Origin: Candidatus Doudnabacteria bacterium
GTDB taxonomy: Bacteria; Patescibacteriota; Doudnabacteria; UBA920
Direction: 5' to 3'
Assembly (NCBI GenBank): GCA_963788395.1
Contig: CAWBGV010000030.1
Coordinates: 6,954-70,953 of the forward strand
Length of the DNA: 64,000 nt
Both the position numbers and the translations under genes were made by a program. Positions 29,410-39,130 of this stretch are shown one piece after another. Each line of letters starts with the position of its first letter. Position 1 is the first letter of the stretch. The notes below the pieces were generated by a model, which was given only the letters and a program-made list of their open reading frames with translations, did no database searches and was not told the DNA's origin.

Positions 29410-30018
29410 ATGGACCATAATGACCTAGCTGACCACTTGATTCGTACCGGAATACTGAAAACGCCGCCTCTGCGGCAGGCTTTTCGTAAAGTCGACCGCA
29501 TTGATTTTGTACGCAATGATTATGTCGATTTAGCCTACCAAGACCACCCTTTACCCATTGGTTTTGGCCAGAGTATTTCCCAGCCTTACACGGTGGCGTT
29601 CATGCTGGAGCTGCTCCAGCCGCAAAAAAACCAGGTGATTTTAGATTTGGGTTCCGGGAGCAGTTGGACGACCGCTCTGTTGGCTGAGATTGTCGGGCCG
29701 AAAGGACGCGTCTATGGGGTAGAAATCATTCCTGAGCTGTTAGAGTTCGGCAGTAAAAATTTAGAGCGGTACCGCTACAAAAACATCACGCTCAAACCGG
29801 CCCAGCAGCGTTTAGGATTACCGGAATTTTCGCCTTTTCAAAAAATACTGGTTTCGGCCGAAGGGCAGGATTTACCCGCCATTTTAACCGATCAATTGGC
29901 CACGAACGGCACTTTGGTCATGCCCATAAACGGAACGATTACAAAAATCGATAAGTTCTCCGATACCTACCTCGAGACCCAAAGCTTTCCAGGATTTGCT
30001 TTTGTGCCGCTACAATAA
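29410..30018 (+). CDS. pcm: Protein-L-isoaspartate O-methyltransferase
   Basis: GQSISQPYTVAFMLELL and the SAM-binding motif VLDLGSGSSWTTA. Confidence 0.88.
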   Translation: MDHNDLADHLIRTGILKTPPLRQAFRKVDRIDFVRNDYVDLAYQDHPLPIGFGQSISQPYTVAFMLELLQPQKNQVILDLGSGSSWTTALLAEIVGPKGRVYGVEIIPELLEFGSKNLERYRYKNITLKPAQQRLGLPEFSPFQKILVSAEGQDLPAILTDQLATNGTLVMPINGTITKIDKFSDTYLETQSFPGFAFVPLQ

Positions 30019-30037
30019 AAGCTCCAAATTATAGGGA

Positions 30038-30655
30038 CTATTCCGGATGATAGCTAATTTCCGCCGGATTGGCGGCAGGCATGGCAAACTGCTTTTTTGG
30101 AGGAATTTTTTTTATAGTTCTTTCAATCGCCGTGGCGACTACTGGTTCGGGAAAATCTTTTTCCACTTGTTGCAAAAAATCCCACAAAACTTTGGCATCC
30201 TCCAGCGCCCGATGACGGCGCTCGCACTGAAAATTAAAACGCTCAACAAGTGCGCTTAAATTATGGCGCTTGAACTTGGGATACAGCACCCGCGACAGAC
30301 GGACTGTGCAGAGCGTATCCAAAGTGAAGGCTAAGCCGCAACGCCGAAATTCTTGTTTTAAAAAATGGTAATCAAAATTACTATTATGAGCCACCAAAGT
30401 AGCATCTTCAAATAACGCCAAAACCTCTTCGGCTACGGTTTCAAATTCCGGAGCGGTATCGACATGCTCTTGAGTAATACCCGTCAGTTTTGTTATGAAT
30501 TCCGGCAACTGGCATTGGGGATTAATAAAACTCCGATACTCATCTACCACATCTCCTCTTTCTAAGCGCAAAATACCAACCTCAATAATCCGGCTAAAAA
30601 ATGGACTGCCGCCGGTTGTTTCTACGTCTACAATGGTAAAATTTCTGTCTCGCAT
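30038..30655 (-). CDS. DEDDh 3'-5' exonuclease (DnaQ/PolIII epsilon-like)
   Basis: Exo I FTIVDVETTG, Exo II HNSNFDYHFL, Exo III HRALEDA. Confidence 0.85.
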   Translation of the reverse strand: MRDRNFTIVDVETTGGSPFFSRIIEVGILRLERGDVVDEYRSFINPQCQLPEFITKLTGITQEHVDTAPEFETVAEEVLALFEDATLVAHNSNFDYHFLKQEFRRCGLAFTLDTLCTVRLSRVLYPKFKRHNLSALVERFNFQCERRHRALEDAKVLWDFLQQVEKDFPEPVVATAIERTIKKIPPKKQFAMPAANPAEISYHPE

Positions 30656-30760
30656 AAATTTTATTATAATTCAATTTAAAACGCTTCGCAATTAAGAATC
30701 GGGCCGTAATTGCATACTTTCGGCTCCAAAGCGAGTTTTGAGACTACTTTTTAGATAACA

Positions 30761-30798
30761 AAAAACGGCCAGCTCTGTATATAGCTAAGGCCGTTTTA
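30761..30798. terminator. Terminator hairpin downstream of the pilin gene
   Basis: Stem AAAACGGCC/GGCCGTTTT with an inner AGCT...AGCT stem. A T-run follows on the minus strand. Confidence 0.7.
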
Positions 30799-30810
30799 TA
30801 AATAGTGAGC

Positions 30811-31302
30811 TTACCTTACGCCCGCATTCGTCAAAGTATGGACTCCCGCAGAGACACCGGAAGTTCCACCTACCCCATAGCCTAAGCAGAAGGTAATGGT
30901 GTAGACGTTACCGGTGGGAGTAGCAAGGTAGTAAAAGGGGTTATTAGCTGTGGTGCAGCTGCCATCAGGAGGGTTGGGAGATACCGGGAGACTGCCTAAG
31001 TAAGAAGGGGTAAAGTTGTAGAGTATTCCGGTTTGGGCGTTGTAGGCCTGCATGACTGCAGAACCCAAGATAGCCCCTGAACCAGTGGTATAGCCGGTAC
31101 CGGTAGGATAGGCTAAGGCGTCATTGTAGAAGTTTTCCAGGGCTTGGGACATCTGGTTGATATCCCCGATTCTGGTGGCATCACGGGCTTTCTGGCGGGC
31201 AGTATTGAGGGCTACTAAGACTACGGAGGCTAACAGGCCAATAATCGAGATGACTACCAGGAGTTCGATGAGGGTGAAGCCAGAAATTTTATTTTTTTGC
31301 AT
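30811..31302 (-). CDS. Type IV pilin / pseudopilin with an N-terminal prepilin methylation motif
   Basis: MQKNKISGFTLIELLVVISIIGLLASVVL, the class III signal peptide (G|FTLIE). Confidence 0.9.
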   Translation of the reverse strand: MQKNKISGFTLIELLVVISIIGLLASVVLVALNTARQKARDATRIGDINQMSQALENFYNDALAYPTGTGYTTGSGAILGSAVMQAYNAQTGILYNFTPSYLGSLPVSPNPPDGSCTTANNPFYYLATPTGNVYTITFCLGYGVGGTSGVSAGVHTLTNAGVR

Positions 31303-31377
31303 ATTTTAACTTATAACCTGAGGCTATTATGGCATACTATTCATATTTACGCCAATATTTTAGAATAAAAAACCGGA

Positions 31378-31953
31378 TTATTGAATAATCCGGTCGATAA
31401 TACCATATTTTTTTGCTTCGTCCGCAGTCATAAAATAATCGCGGTCAGTATCGTGTTCGATCTTTTTAATATTTTGTCCGGTGTGCTTGGCCAGAATCTG
31501 GTTCAGCTGGTTCTTAATTCGGAGCATTTCACGGGCCTGAATTTCTACGTCTTTTTGCTGGCCTTCTACGCCTCCCATAACTTGATGGATGAGTACGCGG
31601 GCATTAGGCAGTGACAGGCGCTTGCCGGGAGCGCCGCACGCTAACAAGACGGCAGCGGCAGAAGCAGCCTGGCCAATACAAATAGTCGAGACATCGGCTT
31701 TAACGTGCTGCATGGTATCGTATAAGGCCATGGCAGAAGTAACTGAGCCACCGGGCGAGTTAATATAGAGTTTTATATCTTCTTTATTGCTTTCCGCGTC
31801 CAAAAACAACAGCTGAGCAATTAAGGTATTGGCGACCGCGTCGTCAATCGGCTCGCCTAAAAAAATGATTCGTTCCTTAAGCAAACGGCTATAAATATCA
31901 TACGCTCGTTCACCTTCAGGACTTTTTTGAATAACCATTGGTACTAAAGGCAT
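31378..31953 (-). CDS. clpP: ATP-dependent Clp protease proteolytic subunit
   Basis: Ser-His-Asp context ([18 protein letters not shown]) and an overall ClpP profile. Confidence 0.96.
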   Translation of the reverse strand: MPLVPMVIQKSPEGERAYDIYSRLLKERIIFLGEPIDDAVANTLIAQLLFLDAESNKEDIKLYINSPGGSVTSAMALYDTMQHVKADVSTICIGQAASAAAVLLACGAPGKRLSLPNARVLIHQVMGGVEGQQKDVEIQAREMLRIKNQLNQILAKHTGQNIKKIEHDTDRDYFMTADEAKKYGIIDRIIQ

Positions 31954-31986
31954 AGGGATGTAAGTTAAGGGATTAAGGACTAAGTG

Positions 31987-33174
31987 TTAGGGGTTTTCTT
32001 GGGGAATTTCTGCTGGCTGTTCTTCGGCCGGTTCAGCAGAAACCTCCTCCGACTGAACTGCTGATTCGCTGACCTGCTGTTCAGCTGGTTCGCTGGCCGG
32101 CTGACTTTCGGCAGTTTCTCCGCCCAGCTTTTCTCCATTGATATCAATCTTCCAACCGGTTAAGCGAGCTGCTAATCGCACGTTCTGTCCGGCTTTTCCA
32201 ATCGCCAAAGAGAGCTGATCTTCTAATACGCCGACTTTAGCTTCTTTAGATTCCTCGTCTAATTGGACGTTGAGGATTTTCGCCGGTGACAAGGCATTGG
32301 CAATAAACTTTACCGGGTCTTCGCTCCATTCTATAATATCAATTTTTTCGCCGCCCAATTCAGCCATAACCGTCTGGACGCGGCTGCCCTTTTGGCCTAC
32401 ACAGCTGCCAATGGGATCAATCCCGTCTTGAGTCGAAAAAACAGCTATTTTAGATCGTGAGCCAGCTTCGCGGGCCACAGATTTAATTTCGACGCTGCCG
32501 TTATAAATTTCCGGCACTTCCAGTTCAAATAACTTGCGTACCATGTCCGGATGAGACCGCGACAAAGTAATTTTTGGCCCTTTAGTGGCCGGCTCTACGT
32601 GTAAAATTAAAACTTTTAAGCGCTGGCCAATGGCATATTTCTCACCGCGAATTTGTTCCGACGGAAACAGCACGCCGGTGGCTTTACCCATGTCCACTAA
32701 AATCGTATCGCCTTCAATTCTTTGAATAATTCCGTTTTGCAGCGTCCGTTCCTTAGCTTTAAAATCACTGAACTGCACGTTGCGTTCGGCTTCGCGTAAT
32801 TTTTGGATAATTACCTGCTTGGCGGTTTGAGCGGCAATGCGCCCAAAAGAAGTACCAGCTTTTGGGGTAATTTCCGTGCGGATTTCATCTCCGATCGAGG
32901 CGCCTTTTTTTAATTTTTTAGCCGCATCAATGTCAATAAATTTTATGGGATCCTCTTCGACTTCTGTCTCGGTTTCGACCACTGTTTTCACGTCAAAAAC
33001 TTTGGTGGCCAAATTTTCGGGATTGAACTCCACTACTATATTCTGGTTTTTTTCTCCGTAATCCTTGCGAAAAGCCGCGGCCAAAGAGGCCTCAATCATG
33101 CTAATAATTTCTTCCCGGCTAATCCCTTTTTCCTCGGCGATTTGTTCTAAAGCTTGTTCAAGTTGTTCGTTCAT
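31987..33174 (-). CDS. nusA: Transcription termination/antitermination factor NusA
   Basis: N-terminal domain, S1 and two KH domains (GSCVGQKGSRV, AIGKAGQNVRLA), plus an acidic C-terminal tail. Confidence 0.95.
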   Translation of the reverse strand: MNEQLEQALEQIAEEKGISREEIISMIEASLAAAFRKDYGEKNQNIVVEFNPENLATKVFDVKTVVETETEVEEDPIKFIDIDAAKKLKKGASIGDEIRTEITPKAGTSFGRIAAQTAKQVIIQKLREAERNVQFSDFKAKERTLQNGIIQRIEGDTILVDMGKATGVLFPSEQIRGEKYAIGQRLKVLILHVEPATKGPKITLSRSHPDMVRKLFELEVPEIYNGSVEIKSVAREAGSRSKIAVFSTQDGIDPIGSCVGQKGSRVQTVMAELGGEKIDIIEWSEDPVKFIANALSPAKILNVQLDEESKEAKVGVLEDQLSLAIGKAGQNVRLAARLTGWKIDINGEKLGGETAESQPASEPAEQQVSESAVQSEEVSAEPAEEQPAEIPQENP

Positions 33175-33307
33175 AGATTGCTTAGTTAATTAGCGATATA
33201 GTAAATAGCGAATAGCGAATAGGCAATAGCGAGGTTGTGTCTTATCTATTCGCTCTAGTAACAAAAAAGATGAGCCCAGCTCATCCAAAAATCGGCGATA
33301 TCGGTAA

Positions 33308-33706
33308 CTAGTTCCAGTCGTCTACTGCATTCGGTATTATTATAGCAGAAAACGGTGGCTTGTCAAATTCACGATAGGTTACTAAACAAACATCAATTTG
33401 AGGCACAAAGGCCTCATATTCCGGATATTCCAAAAAAAACAGCTTAACCGCGCGCAATAATTTAAGCTGTTTAAAATGATTTACCGACTCCGCGCCGCCT
33501 CCAAATGCGTCTTCCAAAGCGTCTCGAGTTTTGACTTCTACAAAAATAATTTGCTGGCCGATTTTGGCGATAAAATCGATTTCGCCTTTCCGCAACCCTG
33601 TTTTGTTAAAAAAATTAGCTGCGATGATTTCGCAGCCATGGTTTTTATAATGCTGCTGGGCAAATTCCTCACCCAATTGGCCTAAGGATTTTTCGTTGAT
33701 ACCCAT
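33308..33706 (-). CDS. yraN: YraN-family (UPF0102) endonuclease
   Basis: GEIDFIA...FVEVK, a PD-(D/E)xK-like core typical of YraN. Confidence 0.8.
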   Translation of the reverse strand: MGINEKSLGQLGEEFAQQHYKNHGCEIIAANFFNKTGLRKGEIDFIAKIGQQIIFVEVKTRDALEDAFGGGAESVNHFKQLKLLRAVKLFFLEYPEYEAFVPQIDVCLVTYREFDKPPFSAIIIPNAVDDWN

Positions 33707-33710
33707 GTTT

Positions 33711-33781
33711 GATTATCTACGAAATTACGAATAAATACGAAAGTACGAAAAAAACCAAGTTTCGTACTTTCGGAGATAATC
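33711..33781. repeat. Long intergenic hairpin built from TACGAAA words
   Basis: Outer arms GATTATCT/AGATAATC and an inner 13-bp stem CGAAAGTACGAAA/TTTCGTACTTTCG. It exactly fills the gap between two minus-strand genes. Confidence 0.7.
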
Positions 33782-34180
33782 TTATTTTGGCAAATACTTA
33801 AGCTTGACCTGCGTCTTCTCCCACGTTACCCGTTCACGGCGATAGTTTTTTATAATGTAGGACACGATAAAGCCAAACCAAATTAATCCAATGAGTAAAA
33901 TTCCCAAGGCCATAGCGTGAGTACCAAAGACATAGACGTTCTCGTCTTTGGCCCCGAACCACAAAATTTCCAAAATGCCAATGGTCAAAAATAACCGATA
34001 CAGCTTCTCCCGAACGACTTTGTCTATGGGAGTCGGGGCATACAATGCGGCCAGTTTTAAAATAATAGCCAATACTACGCTGATGCTGCCAATCAAAAAG
34101 AACAATTTGTCGGAATTAGTGATGACCGGCGTGACATTAAATAAGTACGAAGGTGAGAGAAGATGTTGTAAGTGTTGCAT
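33782..34180 (-). CDS. Hypothetical membrane protein (4 TM)
   Basis: 132-aa hydrophobic ORF. No motif recognised. Confidence 0.6.
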   Translation of the reverse strand: MQHLQHLLSPSYLFNVTPVITNSDKLFFLIGSISVVLAIILKLAALYAPTPIDKVVREKLYRLFLTIGILEILWFGAKDENVYVFGTHAMALGILLIGLIWFGFIVSYIIKNYRRERVTWEKTQVKLKYLPK

Positions 34181-34210
34181 GGCTTGATTATCTACGAAAT
34201 TACGTTAGTT

Positions 34211-34738
34211 CTATTTTTCAAATAAGATGGCATAGTGATAGCCGTCTGCTTCTAAACTTTTAAGCTTTCGGAGGCCTTTTTGCATGAGCAAAACTTCTAA
34301 CTGCTGCTGCTCAATGCGCTTGTCCAGAGGGGGGCCGAGCGGCGTAAGCTCACGCTTCCACTCAACTACCAACAAGTGGCCACCGGTTCGCATAATCCGG
34401 TAAATATTGCGCAAAAGCATCCCGCGATCGGATATTTCATGAATAATATTGCCGGCAATAACCAAATCGCAAGTATTTTCCGGCATCTCCAGCAATGGCT
34501 TGGTCAGGTCAGCCTGGACCACGCGGACATTTTTATACCCAAACTGGTTGGCAATGGAAACTGTAGCGCCAAGCTTGCTTTCAACCACATCTACCGCATA
34601 GACCATGCCACTCCCGCCAACCAATTGCGCGGCCGGAAGCACATAAAATCCGTTACCGCAGCCAAGGTCGGCCGCCACCTGCCCGGCCATTAAGCCAGTT
34701 TGCGCGATTACTGAAGATGGGTTGATAAATTTAGGCAT
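34211..34738 (-). CDS. Class I SAM-dependent methyltransferase
   Basis: SAM-binding motif ADLGCGNGFY. The ATG at 34738 (MPKFINPS) is preferred because the upstream part of the track ORF overlaps a palindrome. Confidence 0.8.
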   Translation of the reverse strand: MPKFINPSSVIAQTGLMAGQVAADLGCGNGFYVLPAAQLVGGSGMVYAVDVVESKLGATVSIANQFGYKNVRVVQADLTKPLLEMPENTCDLVIAGNIIHEISDRGMLLRNIYRIMRTGGHLLVVEWKRELTPLGPPLDKRIEQQQLEVLLMQKGLRKLKSLEADGYHYAILFEK

Positions 34739-34747
34739 TTTGTTTTG

Positions 34748-34800
34748 TCCACGGATCGCGGATACCACGAATTTTTGATTCGTGCTATCCGCGATCCGTG
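34748..34800. repeat. Perfect 16-bp-arm palindrome with a nested hairpin
   Basis: CCACGGATCGCGGATA ... TATCCGCGATCCGTGG enclosing CACGAAT-TTTTG-ATTCGTG. Confidence 0.75.
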
Positions 34801-34807
34801 GAAGATT

Positions 34808-35632
34808 TTAAACTTCTTGATACAGCTTCTCGATTTTTGCCGCTTGTCCCTTATCGCTTGTCTCTATTAATACCCCATTAATCATCGCCGGCCCTTCTTC
34901 TTCCGGTTCCATCACGAACTTGCCGCGGCCGAGAAATATATTCAGGGAATTTTCTATTTTTACGCCAATGACGGAATTCAGGGGTCCGGTCATACCGGCG
35001 TCGCTAATATAGGCCGTGCCGTTGGGTAAAAGCCGGGCGTCGGCTGTTGGGACGTGGGTATGAGTGCCTAAAACAGCCGTAACTTTCCCGTCGGCATAGA
35101 ATCCAAAGGCTATTTTTTCGCTGGTAGCCTCGCTATGGAAATCTACTACTATTATATCACCTTTTTGAGCCTGTTCTGTCAAGAGCTGGTCAAGGGCTAC
35201 AAAAGGGCTGCTGATCTCCCCGTGGTATTGCTTTTCAAAAAAGACGGTGGCGTTGAGATTAAAAATCAGGTATTGTTGGCCGTTTTTTTCAAACCGATAG
35301 TAGCCGTGACCGGGAACCGGCAACTTTTCTCCGTTTTTATCGGTCAGCGACTCATAGTTGGCCGGCCGGATAAGATTGGAATATTTGTCGAAAGCGTCAT
35401 TTGATAGCGCTCCCTTGTCGAAAACGTGATTGCCGCTGGTGTAACAATCAATGCCTAGGTCGTCGATGTTGGCCATGGTATTGATGGTTACTCCCTTGCC
35501 ATGGGCAATATTTTCTACATTAACAATCACAACATCGGGTTGATACTTTTCCTTCCACTCCGGCAAAACCGCCCGCAGCGCTCTCCGCCCGGGTTTGCCG
35601 ACTATATCACCGATGAATAAAATTTTAGCCAT
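34808..35632 (-). CDS. ymdB: YmdB-like metallophosphoesterase (2',3'-cyclic-nucleotide phosphodiesterase family)
   Basis: MAKILFIGDIVGKPGR...NVENIAHGKG. Sits directly downstream of rny, as in Firmicutes. Confidence 0.88.
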   Translation of the reverse strand: MAKILFIGDIVGKPGRRALRAVLPEWKEKYQPDVVIVNVENIAHGKGVTINTMANIDDLGIDCYTSGNHVFDKGALSNDAFDKYSNLIRPANYESLTDKNGEKLPVPGHGYYRFEKNGQQYLIFNLNATVFFEKQYHGEISSPFVALDQLLTEQAQKGDIIVVDFHSEATSEKIAFGFYADGKVTAVLGTHTHVPTADARLLPNGTAYISDAGMTGPLNSVIGVKIENSLNIFLGRGKFVMEPEEEGPAMINGVLIETSDKGQAAKIEKLYQEV

Positions 35633-35640
35633 TGTTATTC

Positions 35641-35703
35641 GTTAATCGGCAGCGCCGCGCGTATCGACAACCGTTAGGCGAAACGCGGCCATACACCGAT
35701 TAT
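35641..35703. repeat. GC-rich hairpin element, copy 2 of 2
   Basis: GTTAATCGGCAGCGCCGCGCGTATCG... shares its first ~26 nt with 15483. Arms TAATCGG/CCGATTA and GCCGCG/CGCGGC. Overlaps the rny stop codon. Confidence 0.6.
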
Positions 35704-37238
35704 CTTGCGTATTCAATCACCCTCGTCTCTCTAATCACGTGGACTTTAATCTCCCCCGGGAACTTCAATTCATTTTCTAACCGATTCGCAATATCCCTGG
35801 CCAGTTTGGAGCAACCATAGTCGTCCAATTTCTCCGGTTTGACGAACACGCGGATCTCGCGGCCGCCCTGAATGGCATAGGTTTTTTCCACACCCTCAAA
35901 GGAATTGGCAATATTTTCCAAATCAGTCAGCCGTTTAATGTAGTTTTCTAAAGTATCTTTACGAGCACCGGGCCTGGCGCCGGAAATGTTGTCGCAAGCG
36001 TCAACAATAATTGCCTCAACAGATGTAGCAGCTTCGGCTTTGCCAGAGACATCGGTATCAGCGTGGTGAGAAGTTATAGCTTCAACCACCCGTTTGTCTA
36101 AATTGAATTTTTCAGCAATTTTACGGCCAATTTCCACGTGGGTTCCTTCTAAATCCTGATCGAGCGCTTTCCCAATATCGTGCAGCAAAGCACCCTGCTT
36201 GGTAATCTGAACGTCAGCACCAAGCTCTTCAGCCAACAAAGCCCCAATTTTTGCCATTTCAACGGAGTGGCGAAGTATATTCTGACCATACGATGTTCTA
36301 AATAACAACCGTCCAATTAAATGCACCAGCTTTGGCGGAAAGGTGGTAATACCCAATTCAAACACCGCCTGTTCGCCGGCAGTTTTAATTTGTTCGTTAA
36401 TTTCAGCCTTGCTCTTTTCGTAAGCTTCTTCAATCCGCGCCGGATGGATCCGGCCGTCGGCTAGCAACTTTTCCAGTGTTAATTTGGCAATATGGCGCCG
36501 AATCGAATTAAATCCGGAAATAACAACGGTATCCGGAGAATCGTCTATTAAAATTTCTACGCCCATCATTTGCTCAAAGGCGCGGATATTCCGGCCTTCT
36601 TTACCGATAATCCGACCCTTCATTTCTTCGCTGGGAATTTGGACGGTAGTAGTCGTCACTTCAGCCGTTACCTCGCTTGCGACACGCTCAATGGCCTGGG
36701 CAACAATGGTCCGAGCGTCCCGGTCGGCATTTTCCCGGGCTTCGGCCACTAACTTTTTTTGCAGCCCCATCATTTCTTCACGAACACTGCGTTCGGCATT
36801 GTTAAGCAAAACCTGGGAAGCTTCTTCCCGGGTCATTTGAGCGATTCTTTCTAAATTAGCTACCTGCTTTACTTTTAAGTCTTTAATTTCTTCCTGAATT
36901 TGTTTGATTTCTTCGCCTTTGAGTTCCAAATCCTGCTTTTTGTGGTCAAGCTGGGTGGACTTTTGGTCTAATTCTTTTTCGCGGCGTTCCATCCGCTCTT
37001 CAAAACGCACAAACTGGGACCGAAACTCGGCTTCCTGCTTTTTGGCCTGCTCGATCATTTCTAAACTGCGGGTCTTGGCGTCTAAAACGATTTCTTTTTC
37101 CCGATTCTTGGCGTCTTCTAAAATCTTTTCGGCTTTGGCCTCGGCGCTGCCAATTTTTTTGCCCGCCTGAGATTGGCGATAAGCGTAACCGCCCACAGCC
37201 CCAACTATCAACCCAATAACAATATAAACGATTATCAT
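35700..37238 (-). CDS. rny: Ribonuclease Y
   Basis: N-terminal TM helix, coiled coil, KH domain (GRIIGKEGRNIRAFE) and HD domain (LLHDIGKA). Confidence 0.96.
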   Translation of the reverse strand: MIIVYIVIGLIVGAVGGYAYRQSQAGKKIGSAEAKAEKILEDAKNREKEIVLDAKTRSLEMIEQAKKQEAEFRSQFVRFEERMERREKELDQKSTQLDHKKQDLELKGEEIKQIQEEIKDLKVKQVANLERIAQMTREEASQVLLNNAERSVREEMMGLQKKLVAEARENADRDARTIVAQAIERVASEVTAEVTTTTVQIPSEEMKGRIIGKEGRNIRAFEQMMGVEILIDDSPDTVVISGFNSIRRHIAKLTLEKLLADGRIHPARIEEAYEKSKAEINEQIKTAGEQAVFELGITTFPPKLVHLIGRLLFRTSYGQNILRHSVEMAKIGALLAEELGADVQITKQGALLHDIGKALDQDLEGTHVEIGRKIAEKFNLDKRVVEAITSHHADTDVSGKAEAATSVEAIIVDACDNISGARPGARKDTLENYIKRLTDLENIANSFEGVEKTYAIQGGREIRVFVKPEKLDDYGCSKLARDIANRLENELKFPGEIKVHVIRETRVIEYAR

Positions 37239-37633
37239 AAAAAACCTTACATCCGCAAGCGTAAGGGGTTGTGTATAAAATGCAAAAACTCTGACTAAAT
37301 AAGATTAGTCAGCTAATGTTCCAATAGAGATAACTTCTGTACTCGATAACTGAATCGGAGACATGAAGGAATTTAAGAAAAAAATGTCCTGAGTTTGCAT
37401 GATTATAGAGTACATCCACCACTCGGTTGCGGAAAAAATAATCAATGATTACAACAAGCCTATATTACCATAGTTTGCGTAACCTGTCAAAGATGGTTAT
37501 AATTAAAAGAACTTCTGACAATTGACTGGCTGGTCCGTTTGTTTTCAACGGCTTGATCCTGCTCGATTGTAGGAAATTAAACTACTGTTCGTCAAAAGAT
37601 ATAACGTTCAATAAAAAAAGAAAGGATTTTATT

Positions 37634-38214
37634 ATGAAGTTTAGATTACCCAAGCTTCCCTACGACTACGATGCGCTGGAACCATACATTGACGCAAAAA
37701 CTATGGAAATTCATTACACCAAGCACCATCAGGCCTATGTGGACAAGCTAAATGCGGCTGTGGAGAAGTATCCTGATTTGGAGAAAATGACCGTGGAAGA
37801 GTTGCTCAAAGACCTCAATAGCCTAAAAGTTGACGAAAAAGACAGAACGGCTATCCGCAACAACGGCGGTGGCCACGCCAACCATTCGTTTTTTTGGAAA
37901 ATTATGGATCGGGAAAAAGAATTGGATCCGGAACTTTTGACCGGGATCAACACAACGTTTGGTTCTTTAGATGAATTTAAGAAAAAATTTACCGAAGCTG
38001 CCACCAATCGTTTTGGCTCCGGCTGGGCTTGGCTGGTAAAAACGCCGGACGATAAACTGGAAGTCTACTCTACCCTCAACCAAGACTCCCCCCTAATGGA
38101 AAATAAGCTTCCGCTTATCGGCTTAGATGTCTGGGAACACGCCTACTACCTAAATACCAGAACCGCCGACCGGAATATATAGAGAATTGGTGGAATGTGC
38201 TGAAGTTAATATAA
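37634..38214 (+). CDS. sodA: Fe/Mn superoxide dismutase with one frameshift near the 3' end
   Basis: [34 protein letters not shown]. The expected C-terminus [22 protein letters not shown] is recovered if one A is added to the AAA run at 38152-38154. Confidence 0.92.
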
Positions 38215-38221
38215 AAAATTG

Positions 38222-38260
38222 AGCCGGACCTGAAAACGAATGACTCGTTTGGGTCCGGCT
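38222..38260. terminator. Bidirectional terminator hairpin
   Basis: 9-bp stem AGCCGGACC/GGTCCGGCT between convergent genes. Confidence 0.65.
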
Positions 38261-38284
38261 TTATAATTGTTTGCAACCTAACTT

Positions 38285-38662
38285 TTACGTCTCCGACTCT
38301 CTGGTCGCCAGGCTGCCACGCAACCAAACTTCCAGCCTGGGATCTATGCGACGCTCTTGGGCAGAATGAGGTACGGCACCAAGGCCCTTTTGACGGAACG
38401 TCTCCTGTAATTGCCCAAAAGCGCGAGTAAGCTGGGATTCTTGATCCTTAAGATCGTTTTTAAAAGCTCCCCACTCCTCTTTTTTACTATGAATCTTAAA
38501 GTTCAGGACACGGGTTTTCCAAGAACCCATTTCCATCTCTAGAACATAGTAGCACGACCGCCCCTGCTGGACATCGGTATCAAATAGCCCGTCAACATCC
38601 GCGCAACGCTCAACGAGACACTTCCCGTCTGCGATTAGCGCAGTAATAGTAGGTGTTTCCAT
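38285..38662 (-). CDS. Hypothetical protein
   Basis: 125-aa ORF with a GGGAGG ribosome-binding site. No recognisable domain. Confidence 0.5.
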   Translation of the reverse strand: METPTITALIADGKCLVERCADVDGLFDTDVQQGRSCYYVLEMEMGSWKTRVLNFKIHSKKEEWGAFKNDLKDQESQLTRAFGQLQETFRQKGLGAVPHSAQERRIDPRLEVWLRGSLATRESET

Positions 38663-38772
38663 TTATTCCTCCCTTATAGCCTCTGCTCAAAAAAATTTTG
38701 ACACAATGCGTTTTGTCAAAAATATCATTGACCAGCGCGCAAAATAAAACCCGCCAACGAGGCGGGTAATAA

Positions 38773-39126
38773 TTATTTTTTCACCACTTTCTGCTTTTTG
38801 GTGCGGGGGGCATTATCTTGGCGGGAACGAACATAGTATAATTTAGCTTTTTTGACGTCCGGGGATTTGGTAACTTCCAATTTGACGATATTGGGAGAAT
38901 GTAAAGGAAAAATGCGTTCCACCCCAACTCCGGAAGCGATTTTGCGGACCATAAACGTGGCGTTCACGCCGGTGCCGCCCTTGCGGGCAATCACTAAGCC
39001 TTCAAAAATCTGAACGCGTTCTTTGCCACCTTCTTTAATGCGGTTATGCACGCGAACGGTGTAGCCGGGCTTAAAGTCGGGAAGCTGCTTAAGTTGAGTA
39101 TCGGAAATATGTTTGATGATGGGCAT
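38773..39126 (-). CDS. rplS: 50S ribosomal protein L19
   Basis: 117 aa with a typical L19 sequence (PDFKPGYTVRVH.RI.EG.KERVQ.FEG). Confidence 0.96.
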   Translation of the reverse strand: MPIIKHISDTQLKQLPDFKPGYTVRVHNRIKEGGKERVQIFEGLVIARKGGTGVNATFMVRKIASGVGVERIFPLHSPNIVKLEVTKSPDVKKAKLYYVRSRQDNAPRTKKQKVVKK

Positions 39127-39130
39127 GGAA

